NCBI GenBank assembly: GCA_016930055.1
Contig: JAFGHP010000082.1
Location: forward strand, 3-64,002
Source of the DNA: Candidatus Bathyarchaeota archaeon
GTDB lineage: Archaea > Thermoproteota > Bathyarchaeia > TCS64
Direction: 5' to 3'
DNA: 64,000 nucleotides
Of the stretch, positions 9,198 through 18,683 are shown in pieces. A model generated the notes under the pieces. That model was not told where the DNA came from and made no database searches. It was given only the letters and a program-made list of their open reading frames with translations. Numbering within the stretch: position 1 is the first letter of the stretch; every line of letters begins with the position of its first letter. Made by a program: the position numbers and the translations under genes.

Positions 9198-11066
9198 ATG
9201 CCAAAATCTTTAGGCATGAAGATTAATTCAACAAGTAAAGAGAACCTTATAACCATTAATAATGATTACGTTACTCAACAAATTGAATATTTTAGTAACC
9301 TATGTCGCCCCTCTAAAGTGACCATATTAAATGAGAAATCTGAAGATCTTGAATATGTTCGTAAATTAGCTATCTCAACAGGTGAAGAAAAAAATCTGAA
9401 AATTAAAGGACATACTGTTCATTTTGATGGATATAATGATTTAGCCAGAGACAAAAAATCCACAAAAGCACTGATGCCTCCAAAAATGAAGTTAAGCAAA
9501 AACATAAATGTAGTAGATAGAGATGAGGGATTAAAAGAAATTTTACAATTATTTGAAGGTTCTATGGAAGGCAAAGAGATGTTAGTTAAATTTTATTGTC
9601 TAGGACCAACAAATAGTAAATTTAGTTTAGGTGCTTTACAAATTTCAGATTCACCTTATGTGATTCATTGTGAAGACATTTTATATAGACAAGGTTATGA
9701 GCATTTTCAATTTCTAAAAGAATCGAATAAATTTTTTACTTTTATACATTCAGCAGGTGAATTAAATGAATTTAATGTTAGCAAGAATACTGACAAAAGA
9801 AGGATCTATATCGATTTAATTGATGGCAAGGTTTATAGTGTTAATAATCAATACGCGGGCAATAGTGTTGGTTTAAAAAAATTAGCATTACGTCTAGCAA
9901 TATACAAAGCGAATAATGAAAATTGGCTAGCAGAACATATGTTAATAACCGGGATAAAGTCTTTGAAAAATGAAAGAATAACTTATTTTACTGGCGCTTA
10001 TCCATCAGCATGTGGAAAAACTAGTACTGCAATGATCCCTGGACATACTATTGTTGGTGATGACATTGCATATTTAAAAGTTGATACTACAGGTAATTGT
10101 AGAGCAGTTAACATAGAATGTGGAATTTTTGGAATAATTCAGGATGTAAACCCAATCGACGATCCATTAATATACAAAGCTTTGACGACTCCACGTGAAT
10201 TAATTTTTAGTAATGTGCTCATAAATAATGGTAAACCCTATTGGTTAGGAATGGGAAATGAGGAAATACCTAACAATGGAACAAATTTTTTTGGTGAATG
10301 GTATAAAGGATTAAAAGATAAAGACGGAAAAGAAATCCCTTATGCACATAGTAATGCAAGATACACAATGAGATTAAATGAACTTGAAAACGTTGATCCT
10401 AATTTCAATGATCCGAATGGTCTATTGATTAAGGGAATATTTTATGGTGGAAGAGACAGTGACACAAATGTACCAATATCTGAAGCAGTAAATTGGGAGC
10501 ATGGTGTATATATCGGAGCCACACTTGAATCAGAAACTACAAGTGCAATAATTGGTAAAATAGGCATAAGAAATAGTGATCCTATGGCGAACATGGATTT
10601 TTTAGTAGTCCCCCTAGGTCAATATTTAACTAATCATATTAATTTTGGAAAAAAAATGATAAATCCACCAAAAGTTTATTCGACGAACTACTTTTTAAAA
10701 AATAATGGGAAGTACACGAATAGTAAATTAGATAAAAAAGTTTGGGTTTTATGGGCAGAAGGAAGAGTGTTTAATGAATATGACGTAATAAAGACCCCTA
10801 TTGGCAATATTCCATTATATCCAGATTTAGAAATGTTATTTGATAAAGTCTTCAATAAAAAATATCATGAAGACGATTATATTTTACAGTTTAGTATTAG
10901 AATAGACAAATATCTAGAAAAAATTCAGAGAATGGAAAAATTATTTGAAAATGAAGAAAAAATGCCAAAAGTTTTTTGGGAGATCCTGAATCAACAAAAA
11001 AGCCAATTGTCTGAATTAAAAATTCAAACAGGAAGAGAAATGCTTCCACCAACATATTTTCAATAA
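9198..11066 (+). CDS. pckG: phosphoenolpyruvate carboxykinase (GTP)
   Basis: 622 aa. Kinase-1a P-loop YPSACGKTS matches the GTP-PEPCK consensus (FPSACGKT). Length fits GTP-type PEPCK. Confidence 0.85.
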   Translation: MPKSLGMKINSTSKENLITINNDYVTQQIEYFSNLCRPSKVTILNEKSEDLEYVRKLAISTGEEKNLKIKGHTVHFDGYNDLARDKKSTKALMPPKMKLSKNINVVDRDEGLKEILQLFEGSMEGKEMLVKFYCLGPTNSKFSLGALQISDSPYVIHCEDILYRQGYEHFQFLKESNKFFTFIHSAGELNEFNVSKNTDKRRIYIDLIDGKVYSVNNQYAGNSVGLKKLALRLAIYKANNENWLAEHMLITGIKSLKNERITYFTGAYPSACGKTSTAMIPGHTIVGDDIAYLKVDTTGNCRAVNIECGIFGIIQDVNPIDDPLIYKALTTPRELIFSNVLINNGKPYWLGMGNEEIPNNGTNFFGEWYKGLKDKDGKEIPYAHSNARYTMRLNELENVDPNFNDPNGLLIKGIFYGGRDSDTNVPISEAVNWEHGVYIGATLESETTSAIIGKIGIRNSDPMANMDFLVVPLGQYLTNHINFGKKMINPPKVYSTNYFLKNNGKYTNSKLDKKVWVLWAEGRVFNEYDVIKTPIGNIPLYPDLEMLFDKVFNKKYHEDDYILQFSIRIDKYLEKIQRMEKLFENEEKMPKVFWEILNQQKSQLSELKIQTGREMLPPTYFQ

Positions 11067-11120
11067 TATAAATATAGAAAACCATTAAACACTCTGCATC
11101 CTTTATTTTGTTGATAGGTT

Positions 11121-12422
11121 TTGCTAAACTACGAAGAAAAAACTAAAAAAAGTAAAGCCCTCTACGAGAGAGCACAGCATGTTCTTCCGGGAGGTGTAAC
11201 CTATAGTATTAGAGCAATCCCTCCGTATCCCTTTTATGTAAAAAAAGCTGAAGGTGTCAAACTATTAGATGTTGATAATAATGTTTATACCGACTATTGG
11301 GTGGGTCATGGTGCGCTCATACTTGGACACAGTCCTAAAAGAATTGTAGAAAGAGTGAAAAAGCAATTACCTTTAGGAACCCATTATGGTTTTTCACACG
11401 AATTAGAAATTGAACTTGCAGAAAAAATATGCACTATGGTACCATCAGCTGAAATGGTTAGGTATACTAGTAGTGGTACAGAAGCAAACCTGTATACAGT
11501 ACGATTAGCTCGTACTTATACCGGAAGAAAAAAAATTATTAAAATGGAAGGAGGATGGCATGGAGCTTATGATCCTCTTCATAAAGCTGTGAATTACCCT
11601 TTTACAAATTTGGAATCAGCAGGTATTGATCCCAAAGTCTTAGAGAGTACAATTACAATACCTTTCAATAATCTTGAAGCAGCAAAAAAAACTCTTTCTG
11701 ATAAAGATATAGCAGCTTTAATTGTTGAACCAGTTCAGGGTGTAGCAGGCTTCGTCATGCCTGAACCAGAATATCTTTTAGGATTAAAAGAACTATGTAA
11801 TATTAATGGCACATTATTAGTGTTTGATGAAGTCATTACAGGTTTTAGATTAGCTCCTGGAGGAGCTCAAGAATTTTTCAATGTTAAACCAGATATTACA
11901 GTCCTTGGAAAAATCGTGGGAGGCGGGTTCCCAATTGGAGCTATGGTGGGTAGACGTGATATTTTTGAAAGAATAGACCACACAAAATACCCTTTATCAG
12001 ATCAACGTTCAGCACAAGGAGGCACATTCACTGGAAACCCAATAAGCATGGTTGCAGGCTCAGAAACATTAGATATTCTTAAAGGTGGAAGAATACACAA
12101 AAAAATTTCTAAAATTGGTGATAAAATAAGGAACGGTTTAGAAGATATTATATCGAGAAATAAAATACCAGCCACAGTAACTGGTGTTACTACTATTTTT
12201 GCTATTCACTTTACTAATAAAAAACCTTTAAACGCTTTAGAATCAGCTCAAACAGACATGAAAACTACGAAAGCATTCTTTAGCAACATGCTTGAAAATG
12301 GCATAGCTTACTTAAGTCCAACTAACTGTCATGCCATGTTAGCAGAGCCTCATACAGAAGAAGATGCGGAAAAGTTCCTTAAAGTTTCAGAAGAGTTCTT
12401 CAAAAAATACGAACCAAAATAA
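11121..12422 (+). CDS. class-III (PLP) aminotransferase, glutamate-1-semialdehyde aminomutase-like
   Basis: 433 aa with a TTG start. Carries YTSSGTEAN, DEVITGFR and GGTFTGNP motifs, typical of the GSA-aminomutase/aminotransferase class III. Confidence 0.7.
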   Translation: MLNYEEKTKKSKALYERAQHVLPGGVTYSIRAIPPYPFYVKKAEGVKLLDVDNNVYTDYWVGHGALILGHSPKRIVERVKKQLPLGTHYGFSHELEIELAEKICTMVPSAEMVRYTSSGTEANLYTVRLARTYTGRKKIIKMEGGWHGAYDPLHKAVNYPFTNLESAGIDPKVLESTITIPFNNLEAAKKTLSDKDIAALIVEPVQGVAGFVMPEPEYLLGLKELCNINGTLLVFDEVITGFRLAPGGAQEFFNVKPDITVLGKIVGGGFPIGAMVGRRDIFERIDHTKYPLSDQRSAQGGTFTGNPISMVAGSETLDILKGGRIHKKISKIGDKIRNGLEDIISRNKIPATVTGVTTIFAIHFTNKKPLNALESAQTDMKTTKAFFSNMLENGIAYLSPTNCHAMLAEPHTEEDAEKFLKVSEEFFKKYEPK

Positions 12423-12514
12423 TTTTTCTTAAATTACTAAAAAAATTTTTTAACAAATTGATAAAATATAGATTAGATTCAAATTAGAGGAAATAATGGT
12501 TAAGTGTAATTCAA

Positions 12515-13399
12515 TTGAGTAAAGAGTTTTTTTTAGAAAGATATTCTCAGATGGGTCATAATTTGACCGGAAAGGAAAAAACGCAACAATCACTCAGAGT
12601 TAATTCTTTAAAAACGACATTACTTGATATCAAAAAAGAATTCATTAAGAAAGGAGCCAGATTTGAGAAAATACAGTGGTTAAAAGACGGATTTTGTATT
12701 AATGAAGTCAATTTTAGTCTTGGTTCAACAATAGAATATTTGTTGGGACACTATTCAATTCAAGAAGCAGCTTCACAATTACCCGTTGAAGTCATGTCAC
12801 CGAAACCATATGAAAAAATTTTAGATATGTGTGCTGCGCCAGGAGGTAAAACTTCACAAATTGCAGCATGGATGAAAAATAAAGGAGTAATTGTAGCAAT
12901 TGATTCAAATAGAAAAAGACTATATTCTCTTGAAAATCATTTAGAAAGGTGCGGTGTAAAAAATTCTATTGTATATTGGGGTGATTCTTCTGAATTTAAT
13001 TTTGGTAATGATAAATTTGATAGAATTTTATTAGATGCTCCTTGTTCAGGTAACTATGTTACAGATCCTAAATGGTTTAAAAAACGAAAATTAGATGACA
13101 TTAAAAAAAATTCTGAAAATCAAAAAAAATTACTTAAAGCAGCTATTAACAATATTAAACAAAGTGGGGTTATTATCTATACGACCTGTAGTCTTGAACC
13201 TGAAGAGAATGAATTTAATATTCAATGGCTTCTTGAAAATTATCCCGTAAAACTCGAATTATTTGAAGGTCCTGGGTCTTCTGGATTAATAGAAATTTTT
13301 GGAAACAAACTTAATAAAGAATTAACAAAAACAATGAGATTTTGGCCAGAATTAACCAATACTCAAGGCTTCTATATTGCTAAGGTGGTAAAAAAATGA
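12515..13399 (+). CDS. NOL1/NOP2/Sun-family RNA (cytosine-C5) methyltransferase
   Basis: 294 aa. SAM motif DMCAAPGGKT, catalytic DAPCSG (motif IV) and TCS (motif VI). Confidence 0.8.
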   Translation: MSKEFFLERYSQMGHNLTGKEKTQQSLRVNSLKTTLLDIKKEFIKKGARFEKIQWLKDGFCINEVNFSLGSTIEYLLGHYSIQEAASQLPVEVMSPKPYEKILDMCAAPGGKTSQIAAWMKNKGVIVAIDSNRKRLYSLENHLERCGVKNSIVYWGDSSEFNFGNDKFDRILLDAPCSGNYVTDPKWFKKRKLDDIKKNSENQKKLLKAAINNIKQSGVIIYTTCSLEPEENEFNIQWLLENYPVKLELFEGPGSSGLIEIFGNKLNKELTKTMRFWPELTNTQGFYIAKVVKK

Positions 13400-13854
13400 A
13401 AGAATTACTAGATTTTTTAAATGATATTGGATCAAAAATAATACTCGATGAATCTGAAATAGTTAACATTAATAATAAATGTTTCAAAATTAATAATGAA
13501 ATAAAATCCTTAATCATAAACCGAAGTAGATTAGTTTACATTGGTAGTTTTTTAGGTAAATCCAAGAAAAAATGGGTACCAAGCACAATATTATTAGAAG
13601 AAATGTCTAAGGAAATTGAAACAAACAAAATTTGGATAGATGATGAAGCAGCTTGGTTATTTGTATGTGGTAGAGACATATTTTTAGATAAAATTCTTAA
13701 TTTATCAACAGAACTGAAGGAAGGCATAAAATATCTCGTTATGAATAACGAAAAGTGTTTAGGTATTGTTACTGTTGAATCTCAAAATAATAAATTAATT
13801 TTATCAAATAACTTTGATATTGGAGACTTTCTTCGTAGAGAAAAAAATATTTAA
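13396..13854 (+). CDS. hypothetical protein coupled to the Sun-family methyltransferase; possible PUA-like RNA-binding partner
   Basis: 152 aa. ATGA overlap with the upstream methyltransferase. Archaeal NOP2/Sun enzymes often carry or pair with a PUA domain, so the call is an inference. Confidence 0.35.
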   Translation: MKELLDFLNDIGSKIILDESEIVNINNKCFKINNEIKSLIINRSRLVYIGSFLGKSKKKWVPSTILLEEMSKEIETNKIWIDDEAAWLFVCGRDIFLDKILNLSTELKEGIKYLVMNNEKCLGIVTVESQNNKLILSNNFDIGDFLRREKNI

Positions 13855-13865
13855 AAATAGTTTAT

Positions 13866-14729
13866 CTATTTTATTCCAAGATATTTTGAAATATTTGCTT
13901 TGGGATCAAATTTTATTTGTATAGTATCATCTTTTGAACTAAGGATAGTAGTAACTCCTGGTCCATGCCCTGCTTGATAACTCCAACCATGAATTACTAT
14001 ACCAATCGTTACTGCACCTTTATAGTATCCACGACCATACCAATTCAATTGATCTCTTAAACAGACAACATCGCCAAACCTAATGTTCTTCAGATTAAAT
14101 TCATCATATACTTCGGGGCAAGTTGTCTGAATATCATAATCTATAGTAACAGGCCACATTCCATAACCTGATCCCATAATATAACACGGATACTCGCTGG
14201 CAACAGGGACAACAAGTTTACCTTTCTTTTCTTCTATACTAAGTTTTTCAAGAAGTAGAGGATCGATTTTGTTTACATGTACAGACTCTTCAAATCCAAG
14301 AATCTTTAAACCAACTCCCCATGCCTTAATCTTTAGTCGGTCTCCAGGTACTATTTTTTCTTGGTCTTCAGGTTTAAACCAAACCATGAAATGTCCATGT
14401 TTTCCAGTTATGTAGCCTTTTGCGCCTTTTGCATCACCAGATACTATTGTAACGTCATTTCCTATGCATCCTGCTACTCCAAGTGCATTTGCTTCATTAG
14501 GATCTTTGTTTTGTATACTTAAACCGCATTCAGTATGCTCTTCATCAGCCCATCCTGTTGTTAGATCACCTACCGTTACATTGTACTTTACACCACTCAT
14601 ACCGATACCTAATCTAGGTATACCATTAAAATCTGCTCTGTAATCTCTACTTGCGGAAGGATGGTTTACTTCAGCCATAACAGCCATTTTAATTAGTTTA
14701 TCTTTGTTAGTTTTTATCATATGTATCAC
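13866..14729 (-). CDS. uncharacterised protein, tandem paralog A (DUF-type)
   Basis: 287 aa. Shares colinear motifs with 14726-15640: a GIxxLGxGxxGxKYNxxxGD segment, IRFGDxxxxxDxLxxYGxGYYxGAxTIGIxxxG, and GxGPxV near the C-terminus. Confidence 0.6.
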   Translation of the reverse strand: MIHMIKTNKDKLIKMAVMAEVNHPSASRDYRADFNGIPRLGIGMSGVKYNVTVGDLTTGWADEEHTECGLSIQNKDPNEANALGVAGCIGNDVTIVSGDAKGAKGYITGKHGHFMVWFKPEDQEKIVPGDRLKIKAWGVGLKILGFEESVHVNKIDPLLLEKLSIEEKKGKLVVPVASEYPCYIMGSGYGMWPVTIDYDIQTTCPEVYDEFNLKNIRFGDVVCLRDQLNWYGRGYYKGAVTIGIVIHGWSYQAGHGPGVTTILSSKDDTIQIKFDPKANISKYLGIK

Positions 14730-15640
14730 CTCAACTCCAAGAATTTTACTAAATTTGCATCAGGTTCAACTCTAGTTTTTATGAATCCTTTTTTAGAGGC
14801 AGCAATAGCCATAACACTTGGTCCCTGCCCTGCAACTTCGCTTCCACCGGTAGTAATAATTCCAATTGTAATCGCGCCTCTGTAGTATCCTTTCCCATAA
14901 TGCATTAATGCATCTTTAATAGCAATAAGATCACCAAATCTAAGATTTTTAATACCTAAATCTTCGACTAAGTGAGGAGGATTACTCTGAATACACCAGC
15001 CACCAGTTTCAGGGCTTGAACCACCAACACCGATACCCATTGCATGAATTGGAATAATTTTAGAGACAGGTAATTCTAAAATACCATCACTTAATTTTGG
15101 ATTTAAAGATTCAAGTAGCTTTGGTGAAGTATTAAAAAGACGCCCTTCCCATCCCTCAATAGCTAGTCCTACACCTTCACTAACGACTTTAACTCTATCT
15201 CCGGTACACATTTTTTCAAGACTCTCAGTTGGGAACCATGATTGTAGATGCGAACTAGTAACACCTATACCCCCTTTTCCAGTTATAATTCCTATACTTC
15301 CTTTGCCGTCTCCAGAAATGATAGTTACCTTATTTGCTACATTACTTAATTTTAGAAATGCAATACTTGTTCCGGATGTACTTCTTGGAGTGCTTGGACC
15401 ATCATCTAATCCCATAAGAGAAACTCCGGGTTCTAAATATTCTGATTCAGGCCAACCCAGACAGGGATCACCAATTTTAATATTATATTTTATACCCCCC
15501 GGACCCAATCCTAATTTAGCTCTCCCATCCCAAGTTGTTACATATCCACCACGTGGATCACTTGACGAAAGACTTGGGGGTGCAATTTTTCCTATTAGAA
15601 CTTGTTTCATAAGAGTATCTTTGTTAGTTTTAATATCCAT
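14726..15640 (-). CDS. uncharacterised protein, tandem paralog B (DUF-type)
   Basis: 304 aa. ATGA overlap with paralog A. Same motif set: GRAKLGLGPGGIKYNIKIGD, LRFGDLIAIKDALMHYGKGYYRGAITIGI, GQGPSVMAIA. Confidence 0.6.
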   Translation of the reverse strand: MDIKTNKDTLMKQVLIGKIAPPSLSSSDPRGGYVTTWDGRAKLGLGPGGIKYNIKIGDPCLGWPESEYLEPGVSLMGLDDGPSTPRSTSGTSIAFLKLSNVANKVTIISGDGKGSIGIITGKGGIGVTSSHLQSWFPTESLEKMCTGDRVKVVSEGVGLAIEGWEGRLFNTSPKLLESLNPKLSDGILELPVSKIIPIHAMGIGVGGSSPETGGWCIQSNPPHLVEDLGIKNLRFGDLIAIKDALMHYGKGYYRGAITIGIITTGGSEVAGQGPSVMAIAASKKGFIKTRVEPDANLVKFLELR

Positions 15641-15814
15641 ATCAAAACCTCAAATTAAATAAGTCTTCAATAATAAATAATATTCTAATAAAATATAGCT
15701 AGAAAATTTTATAAAAAAATATTTTTTTTACATAATACCTTTAAGTAACCCTAATCAAATCAAGATAATGGAAATTAAAAGATTAATTAAATAAAAATTT
15801 TAGGAAAACGCAAT

Positions 15815-16681
15815 ATGAGTAACCAAAAAGTAGCATCAGTAGCAGTAATTGGTGGCCTAGTCATTTTCATTACAAAAATATTAGCATACCTTTTTTCAGG
15901 TTCCATCGCTTTACTGTCTGACGCGCTAGAAAGTATAAGTAATATTTTAGCTTCCTTGCTCATGTTTTTAAGTCTAAGAATAAGCAGTAAACCAGCTGAT
16001 GTTGACCATCAATATGGACATCAAAAAATAGAATATGTAAGTGCATCTATTGAAGGTATATTAGTCAGCGTAGCAGGATTAGCAATTGCATATACTGCTA
16101 TAAATAGAATTTTTACACCTGTTGAACTTGGTATTATAGACTTTGCATTAATAATTAGTTTTAGTGCCACAATCGGTAATGCACTTTTAAGTATGTATTT
16201 ATCAAAAAACGCAAAAATTAGTGGTAGTTTAGCATTAGAAGGAGATTCTAAACATCTTTTGAGTGATGTTCTAAGTAGTATAGGTGTGTTAGTTGGGCTT
16301 ATTATAGCAAAATTTACTGGTTGGACAATATTAGATCCACTTTTAGCTTTATTTATCTCTGGGTTAGTTTTAAAAATGGGGATTGAACTTATTGTAAAAT
16401 CTATTAATGGTTTATTGGATCAAAGTTGTCCAGAAGTGGAGAGTAAAATTAGTGATCTCTTAAATCAACATAAACCCAATTTTGTAGATTATCATAATTT
16501 ACGTACGAGACGTAGTGGAAATAAAATATATGCAGAATTGCATTTGAGTATAAATGGAGAGACTTCTGTTAAAGAGGCACATGATTTTACTGATCATTTA
16601 CAAAAAGATTTGGTAAAAGAAATCCCTACACTTGTTATTAATATTCATATTGAACCACCTAACGCTAATATCCATGATTAA
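15815..16681 (+). CDS. cation diffusion facilitator (CDF) family metal efflux transporter
   Basis: 288 aa with six TM helices, HxxxD-like metal-binding residues in TM segments, and a C-terminal cytoplasmic domain typical of CzcD/ZitB. Confidence 0.8.
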   Translation: MSNQKVASVAVIGGLVIFITKILAYLFSGSIALLSDALESISNILASLLMFLSLRISSKPADVDHQYGHQKIEYVSASIEGILVSVAGLAIAYTAINRIFTPVELGIIDFALIISFSATIGNALLSMYLSKNAKISGSLALEGDSKHLLSDVLSSIGVLVGLIIAKFTGWTILDPLLALFISGLVLKMGIELIVKSINGLLDQSCPEVESKISDLLNQHKPNFVDYHNLRTRRSGNKIYAELHLSINGETSVKEAHDFTDHLQKDLVKEIPTLVINIHIEPPNANIHD

Positions 16682-16707
16682 AAAAAATTTAAAAAAAGAA
16701 TTTTAAT

Positions 16708-17280
16708 CTATAATATTATATGAGTATAAAGAATTCTAATTCCTATACCTATTAGAATTAATCCTCCTAATATCTCAGCTCTTTTTCCAAATTTAGAACC
16801 TGTTAGACAACCAATTTTTACACCAATAAAAGTGAAAAGAAATGCACTTATGCCAATAACGATTGCAGGAATTAATATAGCAATGTTTTCTAGACTAAAA
16901 CTTAATCCAATTGCTATGCTATCAATACTAACTGCTAAACTGAACATTAATAGACTATTATTGTTTAGAATTTCATAACTAACCGAATTAATTTCTTTTT
17001 TTTCATTAATCGCTGAAAAAATCATTTTTCCACCAACATACAATAAGAGTAGAAATGCAACCCAGTGATCATACTCAGAGATCATGTTAACAAAACTAGA
17101 ACCAGCAAACCAACCTAAAATAGGCATAAATATATGAAACACTCCGAAACTTGTAGCGATTTTTAAGACTTGTTTTTGGGTTATTGATTTCAAACCAAAT
17201 CCGGTAATACATGACACACTAAACACATCCATGCTCATACCAATTGCGATCAAGATAAGCGAGATTACGTCTAAATCCAA
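16708..17280 (-). CDS. mntP: manganese efflux pump MntP family (DUF204)
   Basis: 190 aa with two internally repeated TM halves carrying the MSMDVFSVS / SIDSIAIGLS acidic-motif pattern characteristic of MntP. Confidence 0.7.
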   Translation of the reverse strand: MDLDVISLILIAIGMSMDVFSVSCITGFGLKSITQKQVLKIATSFGVFHIFMPILGWFAGSSFVNMISEYDHWVAFLLLLYVGGKMIFSAINEKKEINSVSYEILNNNSLLMFSLAVSIDSIAIGLSFSLENIAILIPAIVIGISAFLFTFIGVKIGCLTGSKFGKRAEILGGLILIGIGIRILYTHIIL

Positions 17281-17411
17281 AGGGCTTCTACCTGAATAAT
17301 CAAAGGTAAGAAAAAAAAGTTTGGGTTCTTAATTATCTAAAATATAATTAATTACTTATATGAATATTAAAAAAAATTGATAATACTGCTAAAAATTAGA
17401 AAAAGGGGAAT

Positions 17412-18608
17412 TTATTTTTTATGTTTTTTAGCACATCGCTCGATTCTATTGCATGCTTCTTCTATTCCATTCATAGGAACTACGAGTGCAAAACGCATAT
17501 GGCCTTCACTTGTTGGACCATATCCTGAACCAGAAGCAGCACGTAGATTTTCTTCTTCATTTAATAATTTACTAAATTCTGCACTAGATATACCTAAACC
17601 ACTTATATCAGGGAAAGTATAGAAAGTGCCTTCAGGCATTGGGCAACTTATTCCTGGGATCTCATTCATTCTTTTTACGAAGTGTTTAACTCTTTGATAA
17701 TATTGATTTTTCATCATTGCCACAAAATCCCATCCTTCTTTCGTTGTAAGAGCCTTAGCTGCTGCATATTGGAAAGGCACAGGCATGCTACATATACCCG
17801 TTGGTACAGCACCTACATAACGCATTAGCTCTGGACCACCTAGAATAAAACCTGCACGTAGACCAGTCCAAGCAAAAGTTTTGCTGAAACTCATGAGAAC
17901 TAATGTTCTCTCTTCCATTCCTTTCATACCGATTAAGCTTTTATGTACATGATTGTCCCATGTAAACTCCACATAAATTTCATCTGCAATTATTATAATA
18001 TCTTTCTCAATCGATAACTCAGCTAACTGCCTTAATTCATCTTCAGTATATACTGTACCTGCTGGGTTATCTGGATTACAGAATAATAGTGCTTTTGTGT
18101 TAGAAGTAACTGCTTTTCTAATATTATCAAAATCAGGTCTAAATATGCCCTTCACTTTCTTAGATGGAGCTTTAACAATTTTTGTACCAAAATAAGAAGC
18201 TGGTTGAGAATAACCACCATATGTTGGTTCGGGGAGAATTAATTCGTCACCTGGATTAAATAAAGCACCAAAGGCTCTAAATATTGCTTGGCTCCCACCC
18301 GACTCTATAGCTATTTGACCAAAAGGATCTTTAACCTCGTAGCCAAATTTCTTATAGTATTGAGCGATAGCCTGTCTGAATTCTGGGACACCGCTGAATG
18401 CATAATGAGTTTTACCCTCCTTCATTGAATCATAAACAGCTTTGTTAATGAATTCAGGTTGATCAAAATCAGGATCACCCGCTCCTAGGTTAATTAAACC
18501 AGGACGAGGGGGAACATTCACACGTGTTGCTGAGCCACCACCAAGATGAGATAGCTCTTTCTTAACATATTTACTAACAGACATTTCTACCACGTATCTC
18601 TGAAGCAA
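17412..18608 (-). CDS. class I/II PLP aminotransferase (aspartate/aromatic aminotransferase-like)
   Basis: 398 aa with the SFSKTFAWTGLRAG PLP-lysine motif and NPDNPAG motif. Confidence 0.8.
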   Translation of the reverse strand: MLQRYVVEMSVSKYVKKELSHLGGGSATRVNVPPRPGLINLGAGDPDFDQPEFINKAVYDSMKEGKTHYAFSGVPEFRQAIAQYYKKFGYEVKDPFGQIAIESGGSQAIFRAFGALFNPGDELILPEPTYGGYSQPASYFGTKIVKAPSKKVKGIFRPDFDNIRKAVTSNTKALLFCNPDNPAGTVYTEDELRQLAELSIEKDIIIIADEIYVEFTWDNHVHKSLIGMKGMEERTLVLMSFSKTFAWTGLRAGFILGGPELMRYVGAVPTGICSMPVPFQYAAAKALTTKEGWDFVAMMKNQYYQRVKHFVKRMNEIPGISCPMPEGTFYTFPDISGLGISSAEFSKLLNEEENLRAASGSGYGPTSEGHMRFALVVPMNGIEEACNRIERCAKKHKK

Positions 18609-18683
18609 TACATAATAGCTATAAAACGTCTTCGATACTTATTTGAATAAAAAGGAAAGAATAAAGTAAAAAATGAATAAATA

